Shown: piece by piece, positions 56,555-63,906 of the stretch | Layout of the letters: every line of letters begins with the position of its first letter | Position numbering within the stretch: the first letter of the stretch is position 1 | From: an uncultured Stakelama sp. | GTDB taxonomy: Bacteria; Pseudomonadota; Alphaproteobacteria; Sphingomonadales; Sphingomonadaceae | Reading direction: 5' to 3' | Assembly: GCA_964638495.1 (NCBI GenBank) | Contig: CAZXBM010000008.1 | Location: forward strand, 18,343 to 82,342 | DNA: 64,000 bases | The notes under the pieces: model-generated | The model's input: the letters and a program-made list of their open reading frames with translations, nothing else | What the model was told of the DNA's origin: nothing | Database searches by the model: none | Made by a program: the position numbers and the translations under genes

Positions 56555-56604
56555 GACTTTGCCAAATTGTTGGTGATGCCGAACACGCTACCCCGTTGCA
56601 GCGT
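56551..56604 (-). promoter_or_regulatory. two ANTAR-type hexaloop hairpins (candidate NasT target / antiterminator)
   Basis: Hairpin 1 (56585-56604) is ACGCUGC-AACGGG-GUAGCGU. Hairpin 2 (56551-56564) is UGGC-AAAGUC-GCCG. Both loops are 6 nt with A at position 1 and G at position 4. The 3' half of hairpin 2 is the first 4 nt of the terminator 5' arm. Confidence 0.5.
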
Positions 56605-56670
56605 CTCGACGATGAACGAAAGCTGCCTCGATTCGCGCCGCAACGCAACAAATTTCTGCAGCGCGGCAGA

Positions 56671-57885
56671 TTATGCTTCGAATCCGCCCAAGTAGCCTGC
56701 GAGGTCGGCCGGATCGAAGCTGCGGGCGTCGAAGAAGCGGTCGGCGCCGAGGATCAGACGACCCTGCGTAGTGCCGACGCCGAGCGCTTCGACGATACCG
56801 CCCTCGAGCTTCGAGCTTGCCCCCGGCAGCGGCACACCGAGCGGCCGCAGCGCGGCACGGTAAATGTCGGGACGGAAAACGCGTTGCGCCGCGTCGTAAT
56901 CGGCCGGGTTGGGTGTCGCGTGGCTGGCGATGCACATCTGCGCATAGAGCCACGCCGCCTGGCTGACCCACGGGAAATTGGCCGCCTCGCGGTGCTGGAA
57001 CATGAAGTCGGGCACGTCAATCGGCGTCGCCCCTTGAGCGAAGACGATCCGATCCGAAATCGCGTGACCGATCAGCGTCGCCGATCCATCAAGATAGTCG
57101 GGGCCGGCGAGAATCGCGGCAATTTCTTCGCGACGCGCCGGATCGACGAAGGCCACCCCCGCGCGGTACAGCGCGCGCAGCAGGCGCTGCGTGAGGTCGG
57201 GATCCTGCTCCATCCGTTCGGTGCGCATCGCCAGCACCTTCTCGACGCCGCGCAGCCAGATTTGCGAGGTGACCGCGACGATCACCCCCACGCCGCGATC
57301 GACCGCGACGCTGTTCCACGGCTCGCCGACGCAAATGCCGTCAATCTCCCCCGCCGCCAGCGCATCGGCGGCAAAGGGCGGCGCGACGGTAACGATCGCG
57401 ACATCACGATCGGGGTCGATCCCGCAGCCGATCAGCCAGTAGCGCAGCATGTAATTATGACTCGAATAACGATGCACCACACCGAAACGCAGCGGTTCGC
57501 CGCGCTCGCGCGCGCCGCGCGCCGCACTCGCAAGCCGCGCCCCGATCGCCGCGACATTTCCCGGCGCACCGACCGTCGTAACCTGCGCCGCAAGATCGGG
57601 CCGCAGCGTGATCGCATTGCCGTTGAGCCCCAGCACGAACGGCACCGACAGCGGCGTCGCCGGCCGCCCCAGCCCCAGCATGGTCGCGATCGCCAGCGGC
57701 GCGATCAAATGTGCGGCATCGCTGTGACCATACAGCAGCCGATCGTTGACCGTCGCCCAACTCATGTCTCGGATCAGCTCGAGCGCGATCCCCTCGTCTT
57801 CGGCAAACCCGAACTCGCGCGCGAGAATCGGCAAGGCGGCATCGACCAGCGGCAGAAAACCGATGCGGAACGGCGTGGTCGTCAT
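56671..57885 (-). CDS. nasS: NrtA/CmpA-like periplasmic-binding-fold nitrate/nitrite sensor
   Basis: 404 aa with no signal peptide (MTTTPFRIGFLPLVDAALPILA...), an NMT1/NrtA-like fold pattern, and a 4-nt overlap with nasT. Confidence 0.8.
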   Translation of the reverse strand: MTTTPFRIGFLPLVDAALPILAREFGFAEDEGIALELIRDMSWATVNDRLLYGHSDAAHLIAPLAIATMLGLGRPATPLSVPFVLGLNGNAITLRPDLAAQVTTVGAPGNVAAIGARLASAARGARERGEPLRFGVVHRYSSHNYMLRYWLIGCGIDPDRDVAIVTVAPPFAADALAAGEIDGICVGEPWNSVAVDRGVGVIVAVTSQIWLRGVEKVLAMRTERMEQDPDLTQRLLRALYRAGVAFVDPARREEIAAILAGPDYLDGSATLIGHAISDRIVFAQGATPIDVPDFMFQHREAANFPWVSQAAWLYAQMCIASHATPNPADYDAAQRVFRPDIYRAALRPLGVPLPGASSKLEGGIVEALGVGTTQGRLILGADRFFDARSFDPADLAGYLGGFEA

Positions 57886-58460
57886 AAATCCCCCATCAGC
57901 CGGTTGGCGGTGACGATCGCGTCCGCAACGTCGCCGATCCGCCGCCCGCTATCCATCGCCGCCTTGCGCAGCGCGGCATAAGCGGCGGGTTCGTCGATCC
58001 CGCGCTTCTTCATCAGCAGCGCCTTGGCCTCGTCGATCGCTTTGCGCTCGGCGAGCGCGCCGCGCGCTTCGTCGAGTTCGGTACGCAGCCGCGAATACGC
58101 CCGGAAACGCCGGATCGCGAGTTCGAGGATCGGCCGGATCCGCTCCTTCTTCAGTCCGTCAACCACATAGGCCGAAACGCCCGCATCAATCGCCGCCTCG
58201 ATCCCTGCGACGTCGCTCTGGTCGACAAACATCGCGACCGGCCGCGCCATCGCCTTCGAAAGCGCGAATAGCTCCTCCAGCTCATCGCGGTGCGGATTGG
58301 CAAGGTTTATCAGCACAACGTCGGGCGACAACGACTCGAGTCGTGCGGCGATGCCACGGCGATCGACGAAGATCGTGACATCGCTAAGCCCAGCATCATG
58401 CAGGCCTTCCTCAATCACCGCTGCGCGTGCGGCACTTTCATCGACAATCGCAATCCGCAA
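57882..58460 (-). CDS. nasT: ANTAR-domain response-regulator-like antiterminator
   Basis: REC-like N-terminus (RIAIVDES...VLINL) and a C-terminal ANTAR domain (LAERKAIDEAKALLMKKRGIDEPAAYAALRKAAMDSGRRIGDVA). Preferred start is TTG 58460, preceded by GGAGGA at 7 nt. The track start at 58508 is an alternative. Confidence 0.85.
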   Translation of the reverse strand: MRIAIVDESAARAAVIEEGLHDAGLSDVTIFVDRRGIAARLESLSPDVVLINLANPHRDELEELFALSKAMARPVAMFVDQSDVAGIEAAIDAGVSAYVVDGLKKERIRPILELAIRRFRAYSRLRTELDEARGALAERKAIDEAKALLMKKRGIDEPAAYAALRKAAMDSGRRIGDVADAIVTANRLMGDL

Positions 58461-58981
58461 ACGCGTGTCCTCCGCCAGCGCCCATACACCCAGGATCCGA
58501 CAGGCCAAAGCTGATTGAAATTGGACATATCCTATGCCGCCGTCTCATCTTTTTTGCGCTACCTCCTTTCTCGGGTGGCAGAATTGCCCGGTTAGCGGCA
58601 GGCTCGAGCGCTCATCTAACGACAAGCCGTTTCGAAGCAACGTCCGCTGTATTTTGGCAAATCGACCCATAGTCGGCCGCCCGCAGCCGGTTCCCCCCCT
58701 ACCCAAATTACCTCGGAAGCAGTCGCTCCGCCCCACAGCAGGCGAAGTCATTTCTGTCACGCGCAGCCGTTCGGAGATTGACGCTGCAATGAGCGGGGTT
58801 GGTCGGCACAGGCCATCATGTTCGAACGAAAATCACCCGACGAGGTGAATCAGTTCATCGTGCTGCATAGAGTCAGTTTGGCTGCCCCAGGCAGCGCCTG
58901 ACAGTCGCCTCGCCTTCGCGATTGCGTTGATGGCCAAATTTGGCCTAACTGGCCCTGCCTGCGGAGACGTGGGCGGAGGCG

Positions 58982-59094
58982 TCGAAACCTTCGAAACGAG
59001 AGCCGGTCCCAGCTGTGGAGACCGGGTGGCGGACGCGTATGTCCAAGGCCACCCGGCCCAAAGGCGGCCGCGCCTGTCTCGTTTCAGGTTTCGA
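58982..59094. repeat. 113-nt cloverleaf-like nested inverted repeat (possible structured RNA or DNA cruciform)
   Basis: A closing helix of 8+9 bp (58982-59000 with 59078-59094, 2-nt bulge) encloses three hairpins: 59003-59025 (9 bp), 59026-59052 (9 bp) and 59054-59070 (5 bp). All pairs are Watson-Crick. Confidence 0.8.
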
Positions 59095-59111
59095 ACACCC
59101 GGTTCCAACGC

Positions 59112-59140
59112 CGGCACGCCTCACAATCCTGGGCGTGCCG
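59112..59140. repeat. 9-bp GC-rich hairpin next to the cloverleaf element
   Basis: CGGCACGCC-tcacaatcctg-GGCGTGCCG. No U-tract on either strand. Confidence 0.7.
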
Positions 59141-59261
59141 CCGGCTGTCTGCAGCAGATCGACGGATGCCGTACTGAGCGAACGGATTGAGGTATGAGCC
59201 GATGCATCGACATCGTGGGGTCTCCCACCACCGGAGATCCAGCCAATCGTGTCTGGTACTG

Positions 59262-59489
59262 ATGGATCGGTCTGAAAACGATCCTGTGATCGGGGCCATC
59301 GGTGGCACGCTCGGCATTGTCGGCGCGTTTCTTGAGCGCGCGAACATTGCGACGATCGATGAGCTTGCCGGCGCCCTTAGTGTCTATGGCGCTGCGACCA
59401 ACGAGACCGATCCCGAACAGGCCGCCGTCATCGCGCAGTGGGTATTGGGTCTCCACGAACTGGCGAGCGCTCGCCACGACAAGAACTGA
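59262..59489 (+). CDS. hypothetical small protein (weak call)
   Basis: Internal ATG of track ORF 59187..59489 gives MDRSENDPVIGAIGGTLGIVGAFLERANIATIDEL... Codon third positions look GC-biased like the neighbouring genes. No recognisable motif. Confidence 0.3.
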   Translation: MDRSENDPVIGAIGGTLGIVGAFLERANIATIDELAGALSVYGAATNETDPEQAAVIAQWVLGLHELASARHDKN

Positions 59490-59516
59490 TCGGCCGTTGG
59501 AAATCAGCCGACCTCG

Positions 59517-60641
59517 TTAACGATCGCGATCGCGCGGCTTGGACTTCTGACGATCGGGGGTCGCAGCGCCCTCCTCAACCTCGCGCGCGCGCTCGACTGC
59601 GCCTCCAGATGCCCGTTCCGCCATCATGATCTCGCGTGCACGCTCCAGCCGTCGCGACACAGCGGGCGGCATGGCGGCTACGAAGCTGGCAACGTCGTTG
59701 GCGAGTTCGAGATCGTCTTCCTTGCCCGTCACCGCGAGCGCAGCGGCCGCCTGGGCATAGGCGCCGCGAATGAACCTCTGGCGTCCGAGCGCCGCCACGT
59801 CTTCCGGTCGGCGTTCCGGATCGACCGAGCGCGCGAACTCGGCCGCGCGTTCTTCGGTCAGGCGGGTGATATCGAGCCCCTTGCCCTGCCCCGCCGTCCG
59901 CGCCTCGAGATGCAGGGCCGACGAGCGCACCCGCTTCTGGACGTGACCGCGCGCGCGGCGCGGCGTCGCCTCTGCCGCAACCCCGCGCTGGCGCAGTTCG
60001 TGCGCGAAGCTCTCGCGCCAATGATGGAGATCGGCCTTGCGCGGATTGAACCGCGACCCGTCCTCCCCTTGGGTGGCGACGGTCAGGTGAACGTGCGGAT
60101 GGTCGGTGTCCGTGTGGAGTGCCACCATATAGGCGAACTGACCCTCGAACTCGACCCGGGCGAACGCTTGCACGGCGTCATGAATGGTCGCCGCGTCGGT
60201 CGTGTCGCCCGGCATCGAAAGCACCATCGACATCGAGGTCGGACGATCCCGGCCGGTCGGGTTCATCGCGTGGTCGAGCATGTCCCAGTCCGCGGCGATC
60301 GCCTTTAGCCGCTTCTCATCGGTGATGATCTCACCCTCACTGCTGCGCACCTCAAGCTTTCCGTGCCGCGAGATATAGCCAAAATGCTCGCCCAGATGCG
60401 CCGCCCCGCGCTGCTTGCCCGAGATCTTGACCATGACCTCGGGCGCCTTGCGTACGATCCGTTCGAGCTTCGCGCGCGCTTCGGCCTGCGACATAGTCGG
60501 CGCGGTCTCGCCCCCTCCCCTGCCCCGCCCGCCCGATCGAACCCGCAGCGTTGCCCCCTTCAGCGTGCGCTTGCCGCCAGTCGGCGGTCGCCAGGCTTCC
60601 ATCAGACTGGGCAGCGGCAGGATGTCGTCGTCGTCGCTCAC
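59517..60641 (-). CDS. relaxase / mobilization nuclease (MobA/VirD2-like)
   Basis: GTG at 60641 overlaps the mobC stop (GTGA), giving VSDDDDILPLP... The His-rich motif III reads HTDTDHPHVHLTV, with a candidate catalytic Tyr in HLGEHFGYISRHG. About 374 aa. The longer track ORF start lies inside mobC. Confidence 0.85.
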   Translation of the reverse strand: MSDDDDILPLPSLMEAWRPPTGGKRTLKGATLRVRSGGRGRGGGETAPTMSQAEARAKLERIVRKAPEVMVKISGKQRGAAHLGEHFGYISRHGKLEVRSSEGEIITDEKRLKAIAADWDMLDHAMNPTGRDRPTSMSMVLSMPGDTTDAATIHDAVQAFARVEFEGQFAYMVALHTDTDHPHVHLTVATQGEDGSRFNPRKADLHHWRESFAHELRQRGVAAEATPRRARGHVQKRVRSSALHLEARTAGQGKGLDITRLTEERAAEFARSVDPERRPEDVAALGRQRFIRGAYAQAAAALAVTGKEDDLELANDVASFVAAMPPAVSRRLERAREIMMAERASGGAVERAREVEEGAATPDRQKSKPRDRDR

Positions 60642-61168
60642 GCCGGTGTATCCCAATAGGCGACGTCGCCGGCGAGAGCGCGACCCAGCGCACGCAACTG
60701 AGCGTCGATCTCCTGTTGGAATGATGCGACACGCTCGGCCTCGCGTGCCAGGTCGAGACGGGAATCCACCATCGTCGCGGCGTTGAGCGCATGTACCGCC
60801 TGGTTGAGGTTGATGCCGATCCGGTTGAGCTCGCGCCAGGATTGCGCGATCAGCACGCGGTCGGCGCGCGGCGGCGGCGACCTGCCATAGAGCCGACGTC
60901 GTAAGAGCGCGACGATCCATTCGGTGCGCTTGAGACCACGCTCCCTCGCTGCGGCATCCAGCCGCTCGATATCGCTGGCGGAGAGCCGAACCTCGACACG
61001 GGCGGTCGTCCGTTCGCGCGGTTCGGCGGTGACGACACTGTCATCCCCTGCCCGGAGCGCGCGATCGACGAGTTGGCGCAGCACAGCGGACCGACCGCCA
61101 TGGGAGGCCGCCATCGCATCGAAGCGCGCCGCGAGATCGTCCGGCAGGCGAAGGCCGAAAAAAGCCAT
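60638..61168 (-). CDS. mobC: MobC-family relaxosome accessory protein with N-terminal RHH
   Basis: ATG at 61168 gives MAFFGLRLPDDLAARFDAMAASHGG (RHH-like). The later RELNRIGINLNQAVHALN is the MobC signature. Confidence 0.8.
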   Translation of the reverse strand: MAFFGLRLPDDLAARFDAMAASHGGRSAVLRQLVDRALRAGDDSVVTAEPRERTTARVEVRLSASDIERLDAAARERGLKRTEWIVALLRRRLYGRSPPPRADRVLIAQSWRELNRIGINLNQAVHALNAATMVDSRLDLAREAERVASFQQEIDAQLRALGRALAGDVAYWDTPA

Positions 61169-61237
61169 GCCCAATCATATTGTTAAACAATCCCGGCGCC
61201 AAGCCTATCCGGCCCTCACCTAAAACCATTCGTCTTA

Positions 61238-61257
61238 AAGTCTGCTCAAGCAGACTT
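61238..61257. promoter_or_regulatory. candidate oriT inverted repeat
   Basis: AAGTCTGC-tcaa-GCAGACTT lies 70 nt upstream of mobC. A second palindrome ATTGTT-a-AACAAT (61189-61201) lies just upstream of the mobC start. The nic site cannot be assigned by eye. Confidence 0.3.
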
Positions 61258-61323
61258 GGGCCCTGCCTCAAAAACGCCTCGTCCCTTCCGCAAGCAAGCC
61301 GGAATTCGCGTAGAAATGAAAAT

Positions 61324-61353
61324 GGCGGCATCCCTGAAAGAAGGGATGCCGCC
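61324..61353 (-). terminator. intrinsic terminator of the par operon
   Basis: GGCGGCATCCC-tgaaagaa-GGGATGCCGCC has an 11-bp perfect stem. On the minus strand it is followed by AUUUUCAUUUCU. It lies 62 nt downstream of the parB stop. Confidence 0.6.
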
Positions 61354-61415
61354 ATCACATGATCTGAAAAGATCGAAATCCGGACGCGGAGTGAGGGGTC
61401 GGTGTGGGCGAGCGC

Positions 61416-62309
61416 TCAGCCGAACGAAAGGTCGGTCGATGCGACCTCGCCCTCTTCGCCATCATCGAACACCACGCGCACCCGATCGGGCAGGACAAGC
61501 CGACCGGCGCGGCCTGCAAACATGACCTTGAACGGGCTCGCCTGAACAGACGAGGCAGCCCGCCCTCCCCTGCCCTTGGCGACCGTCGGTGTCACATTCA
61601 CAGGCGCGGAGGCCGGCTCAATCTTGGCAACCAGCGGCGCGCTTTCGGCAGGAGCCTTTAGCGACGCAACGAATTTCGATCCCTCAGCAAGCGTGACGCC
61701 TTTGTCGCCGAACCCGCCGACGAACGCACGAACCTCAAGCGGATGCGCGCGGGCTGCACGATGGAGGTCGTAAAGAACGCGGATCGGGGCCTTGTCGATC
61801 GCGTCCTTCAGATAGGGCTCCATCTCGCCATAAGCCGCATAGAGCGAGACAAACTGCTTCGACCGGCCGAGCGCCTTGCCGATCTCGGCCTGACTTTTTC
61901 CCTCGCCCAGCATGCGCTCGACGCCACGCGCCAGCTCTTTGGCGGACAGGCCGGCACGCTGATCGTTCTCGACGATCTGGTCGGCGAGCGTGTCACCCCC
62001 ATCCCCCGCCTCGATGATCGCTGGGATGGTTTTCTTCCCCGCCGCAAGCGAGGCTCGATAGCGCCGCTCGCCCATACGGATAACATGTTTGCCGTCGCCA
62101 TTCTTTGGGCCAACGATGACCGGCTGCAGCACGCCGCGCGCTTCGATCGACGCGGCCAATTCGGCCAGCTCAGCCTCATCGAAATGCGTGCGCGGATTGC
62201 CGGGATCGGGCATCAGCCAGTCGAGCGGCAAGTCCTCGACGCGGCGCGCACTGTCGTGCGCACCCATCAGCATCCCGAACTCCTCGGCCCGCTGGTCGAA
62301 CTTACCCAT
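61416..62309 (-). CDS. parB: ParB/Spo0J-family partition protein
   Basis: 297 aa. The ParB box reads NPRTHFDEAELAELAASIEARGVLQPVIV...IRMGERRYRA, with HTH region SQAEIGKALGRSKQFVS. The start overlaps the parA stop (TGATG). Confidence 0.9.
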   Translation of the reverse strand: MGKFDQRAEEFGMLMGAHDSARRVEDLPLDWLMPDPGNPRTHFDEAELAELAASIEARGVLQPVIVGPKNGDGKHVIRMGERRYRASLAAGKKTIPAIIEAGDGGDTLADQIVENDQRAGLSAKELARGVERMLGEGKSQAEIGKALGRSKQFVSLYAAYGEMEPYLKDAIDKAPIRVLYDLHRAARAHPLEVRAFVGGFGDKGVTLAEGSKFVASLKAPAESAPLVAKIEPASAPVNVTPTVAKGRGGRAASSVQASPFKVMFAGRAGRLVLPDRVRVVFDDGEEGEVASTDLSFG

Positions 62310-63073
62310 CAGGCGGTCTCCTTCGCACGCGCTTCGACCCGCCGTTCCACTTCGGCGAGGATCGAGCGGATCTCGTCTGCGGCGGCCTTCGCGCCGCTTC
62401 CCTTTTCATGCCAGACCGCATGATGGTTCTCGGCCGAATGCTTGTAGGTCGGGCGCGCCTTGACGAACGCCGGGAACATCATCGCCGGCCCGACCGCCTG
62501 GGTGAGCTTAACCGCATTGTCCATGTCACGCTTGTCAAACGCGTTGACCATCGACGGCAGAAGCCCAAGAAAATTGACCTTGCGCCCGCCACGCGCAGCC
62601 TCAGCCTTTTTGAGCGCGGTCAGCAGCATCTTGGCGCATTCAAGCGAATCCTCGGCCACCTGGACCGGCGCGATTACCTCGTCGGCGACCGCCATCGCGC
62701 TCAAAGTGAGCTCGTCCCACTTGGGGCCAGTGTCGATGACGCAATAATCGAAATGCGCGGACAAGCCCCGAAAGCGCACGATGAAATCATGCACGTCCTG
62801 TGCCGCCTTGACCATCTGGAGGCGCGGATCAGCGCCGAACACGGTGATGCCGGGCGCGTCCTCGAGAACAAGCTTTTCGTCGGGATCGAACAGGTCGGCC
62901 GAGAACAGCCCGGTTCGCTCCTTGGCGAGCCGCCGCGTCGAGGAGCCTTGCGGATCCAGATCGAGAAACGCGACCCGCCGGCCCGCCTGCTCGGCGAGAT
63001 ACCAAGCGAGATGGGTCGCGAAGAAGGTCTTGCCGACGCCCCCTTTGAGAAGACTGATCACGATGGTCTTCAC
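62309..63073 (-). CDS. parA: ParA-family partition ATPase
   Basis: The GTG at 63073 gives (M)KTIVISLLKGGVGKTFFATHLA, a deviant Walker A right at the N-terminus as usual for ParA. The track ORF extension to 63244 overlaps the upstream micro-ORF. An alternative ATG lies at 63139. Confidence 0.85.
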   Translation of the reverse strand: MKTIVISLLKGGVGKTFFATHLAWYLAEQAGRRVAFLDLDPQGSSTRRLAKERTGLFSADLFDPDEKLVLEDAPGITVFGADPRLQMVKAAQDVHDFIVRFRGLSAHFDYCVIDTGPKWDELTLSAMAVADEVIAPVQVAEDSLECAKMLLTALKKAEAARGGRKVNFLGLLPSMVNAFDKRDMDNAVKLTQAVGPAMMFPAFVKARPTYKHSAENHHAVWHEKGSGAKAAADEIRSILAEVERRVEARAKETA

Positions 63074-63101
63074 GTCTGTCTTTCGTGTCGTGCAACCGCG
63101 C

Positions 63102-63275
63102 TCAATAGTCGTCGGCGCCATTGCGGAGGCTGCGTTCATAATGGTCCCGCGCCGACCAGTCGCCGCGCGCGCCGAATCTGGGTCCGACGTAGCGGAAGAG
63201 ATAGACGGTGAGCGCGAAACACGCGAACGCAAACACGATCGCATGATCGGGATGGTGCGAAAAATACTCAGCCAT
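63102..63275 (-). CDS. 57-aa single-TM micro-protein between the RHH gene and parA
   Basis: Own translation (below the track length cutoff): MAEYFSHHPDHAIVFAFACFALTVYLFRYVGPRFGARGDWSARDHYERSLRNGADDY. The ATG is preceded by AAGGAGA at 6 nt and overlaps the RHH stop by 8 nt. Confidence 0.45.
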   Translation of the reverse strand: MAEYFSHHPDHAIVFAFACFALTVYLFRYVGPRFGARGDWSARDHYERSLRNGADDY

Positions 63276-63510
63276 GGTCTGTCTCCTTCAGGTTCGCGGG
63301 TCGTGGCTGGCGGCCGCGCCGGTCACGAAGCTCCTCGTCGGGAACATCGAGACCGTAGGTTTGCTTGAGCGCGTTCATCACGAGCGCGCGCAAGGTCAGA
63401 TTATCGTGATCGAGGGCGAGACGCGTGATCGCCGTGTGCATCGTCGGGGTTACCCGAAGCTGCAAAAAGGCTGAACGCCTAACGTCACTCCCCTGCCCTT
63501 CTTTCGCCAC
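63268..63510 (-). CDS. ribbon-helix-helix (CopG/Arc/ParG-like) protein, first gene of the par operon
   Basis: 80 aa. A GTG start is preceded by GGAGAGG. SAFLQLRVTPTMHTAITRLALDHDNLTLRALVMNALKQ fits a beta-strand, helix, helix pattern. Confidence 0.55.
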   Translation of the reverse strand: MAKEGQGSDVRRSAFLQLRVTPTMHTAITRLALDHDNLTLRALVMNALKQTYGLDVPDEELRDRRGRQPRPANLKETDHG

Positions 63511-63557
63511 GGGCGACCTCTCCTCTCACATGACGACCGGAAAGTTACCGCTGCCCC

Positions 63558-63573
63558 GTATTGAGTTCAATAC
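63558..63573. promoter_or_regulatory. candidate operator / centromere-like palindrome upstream of the RHH-par operon
   Basis: GTATTGA-gt-TCAATAC. On the minus strand it overlaps TTGAAC-N17-TAACTT, a -35/-10-like pair, 48 nt upstream of the RHH start. Confidence 0.45.
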
Positions 63574-63726
63574 AGAGGCGATGAATGGGTGGGATCATAA
63601 CCCGAAAGTGAGATTTACGTACGCTAGTAACAACGAATACCGAACGACCGGCTTTGGTTGATTCGAGTCCGACCGCTTTCAGAAGCCAGCGTTGTATCAG
63701 CTGCCGTTGCCTAGCTCAGCAGATGG

Positions 63727-63906
63727 CTAACCGATCAACGCCTTGCCGGCCATCTGTAATCCCTTGATCGCAGCCAGAGCCTCAATTTTCGAATGGTAGA
63801 ATACCGGTAACCATTCACCTGTTCGCTGCGCGTAGATGCCCCAGCGGCAGCCCGACACATCGCGTTGCTCGCGCTCTCTCGCGATCCACTGTTCGGATTT
63901 GGCCAT
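63727..63906 (-). CDS. hypothetical 59-aa protein (weak call)
   Basis: Own translation: MAKSEQWIAREREQRDVSGCRWGIYAQRTGEWLPVFYHSKIEALAAIKGLQMAGKALIG. No motif recognised, and it is below the track cutoff. Confidence 0.25.
   Translation of the reverse strand: MAKSEQWIAREREQRDVSGCRWGIYAQRTGEWLPVFYHSKIEALAAIKGLQMAGKALIG

Noticed and set aside
56553-56572. TTGGCAAAG...GC in the narK leader as a possible sigma-54 promoter
   Set aside because: The GG-to-GC spacing does not match the TGGCAC-N5-TTGC consensus when counted, so this is probably coincidental.
56428-57981. 517-aa plus-strand ORF
   Set aside because: It is antisense to nasS and to the narK leader. It is Arg-rich low complexity, while nasS on the opposite strand has a coherent binding-protein pattern.
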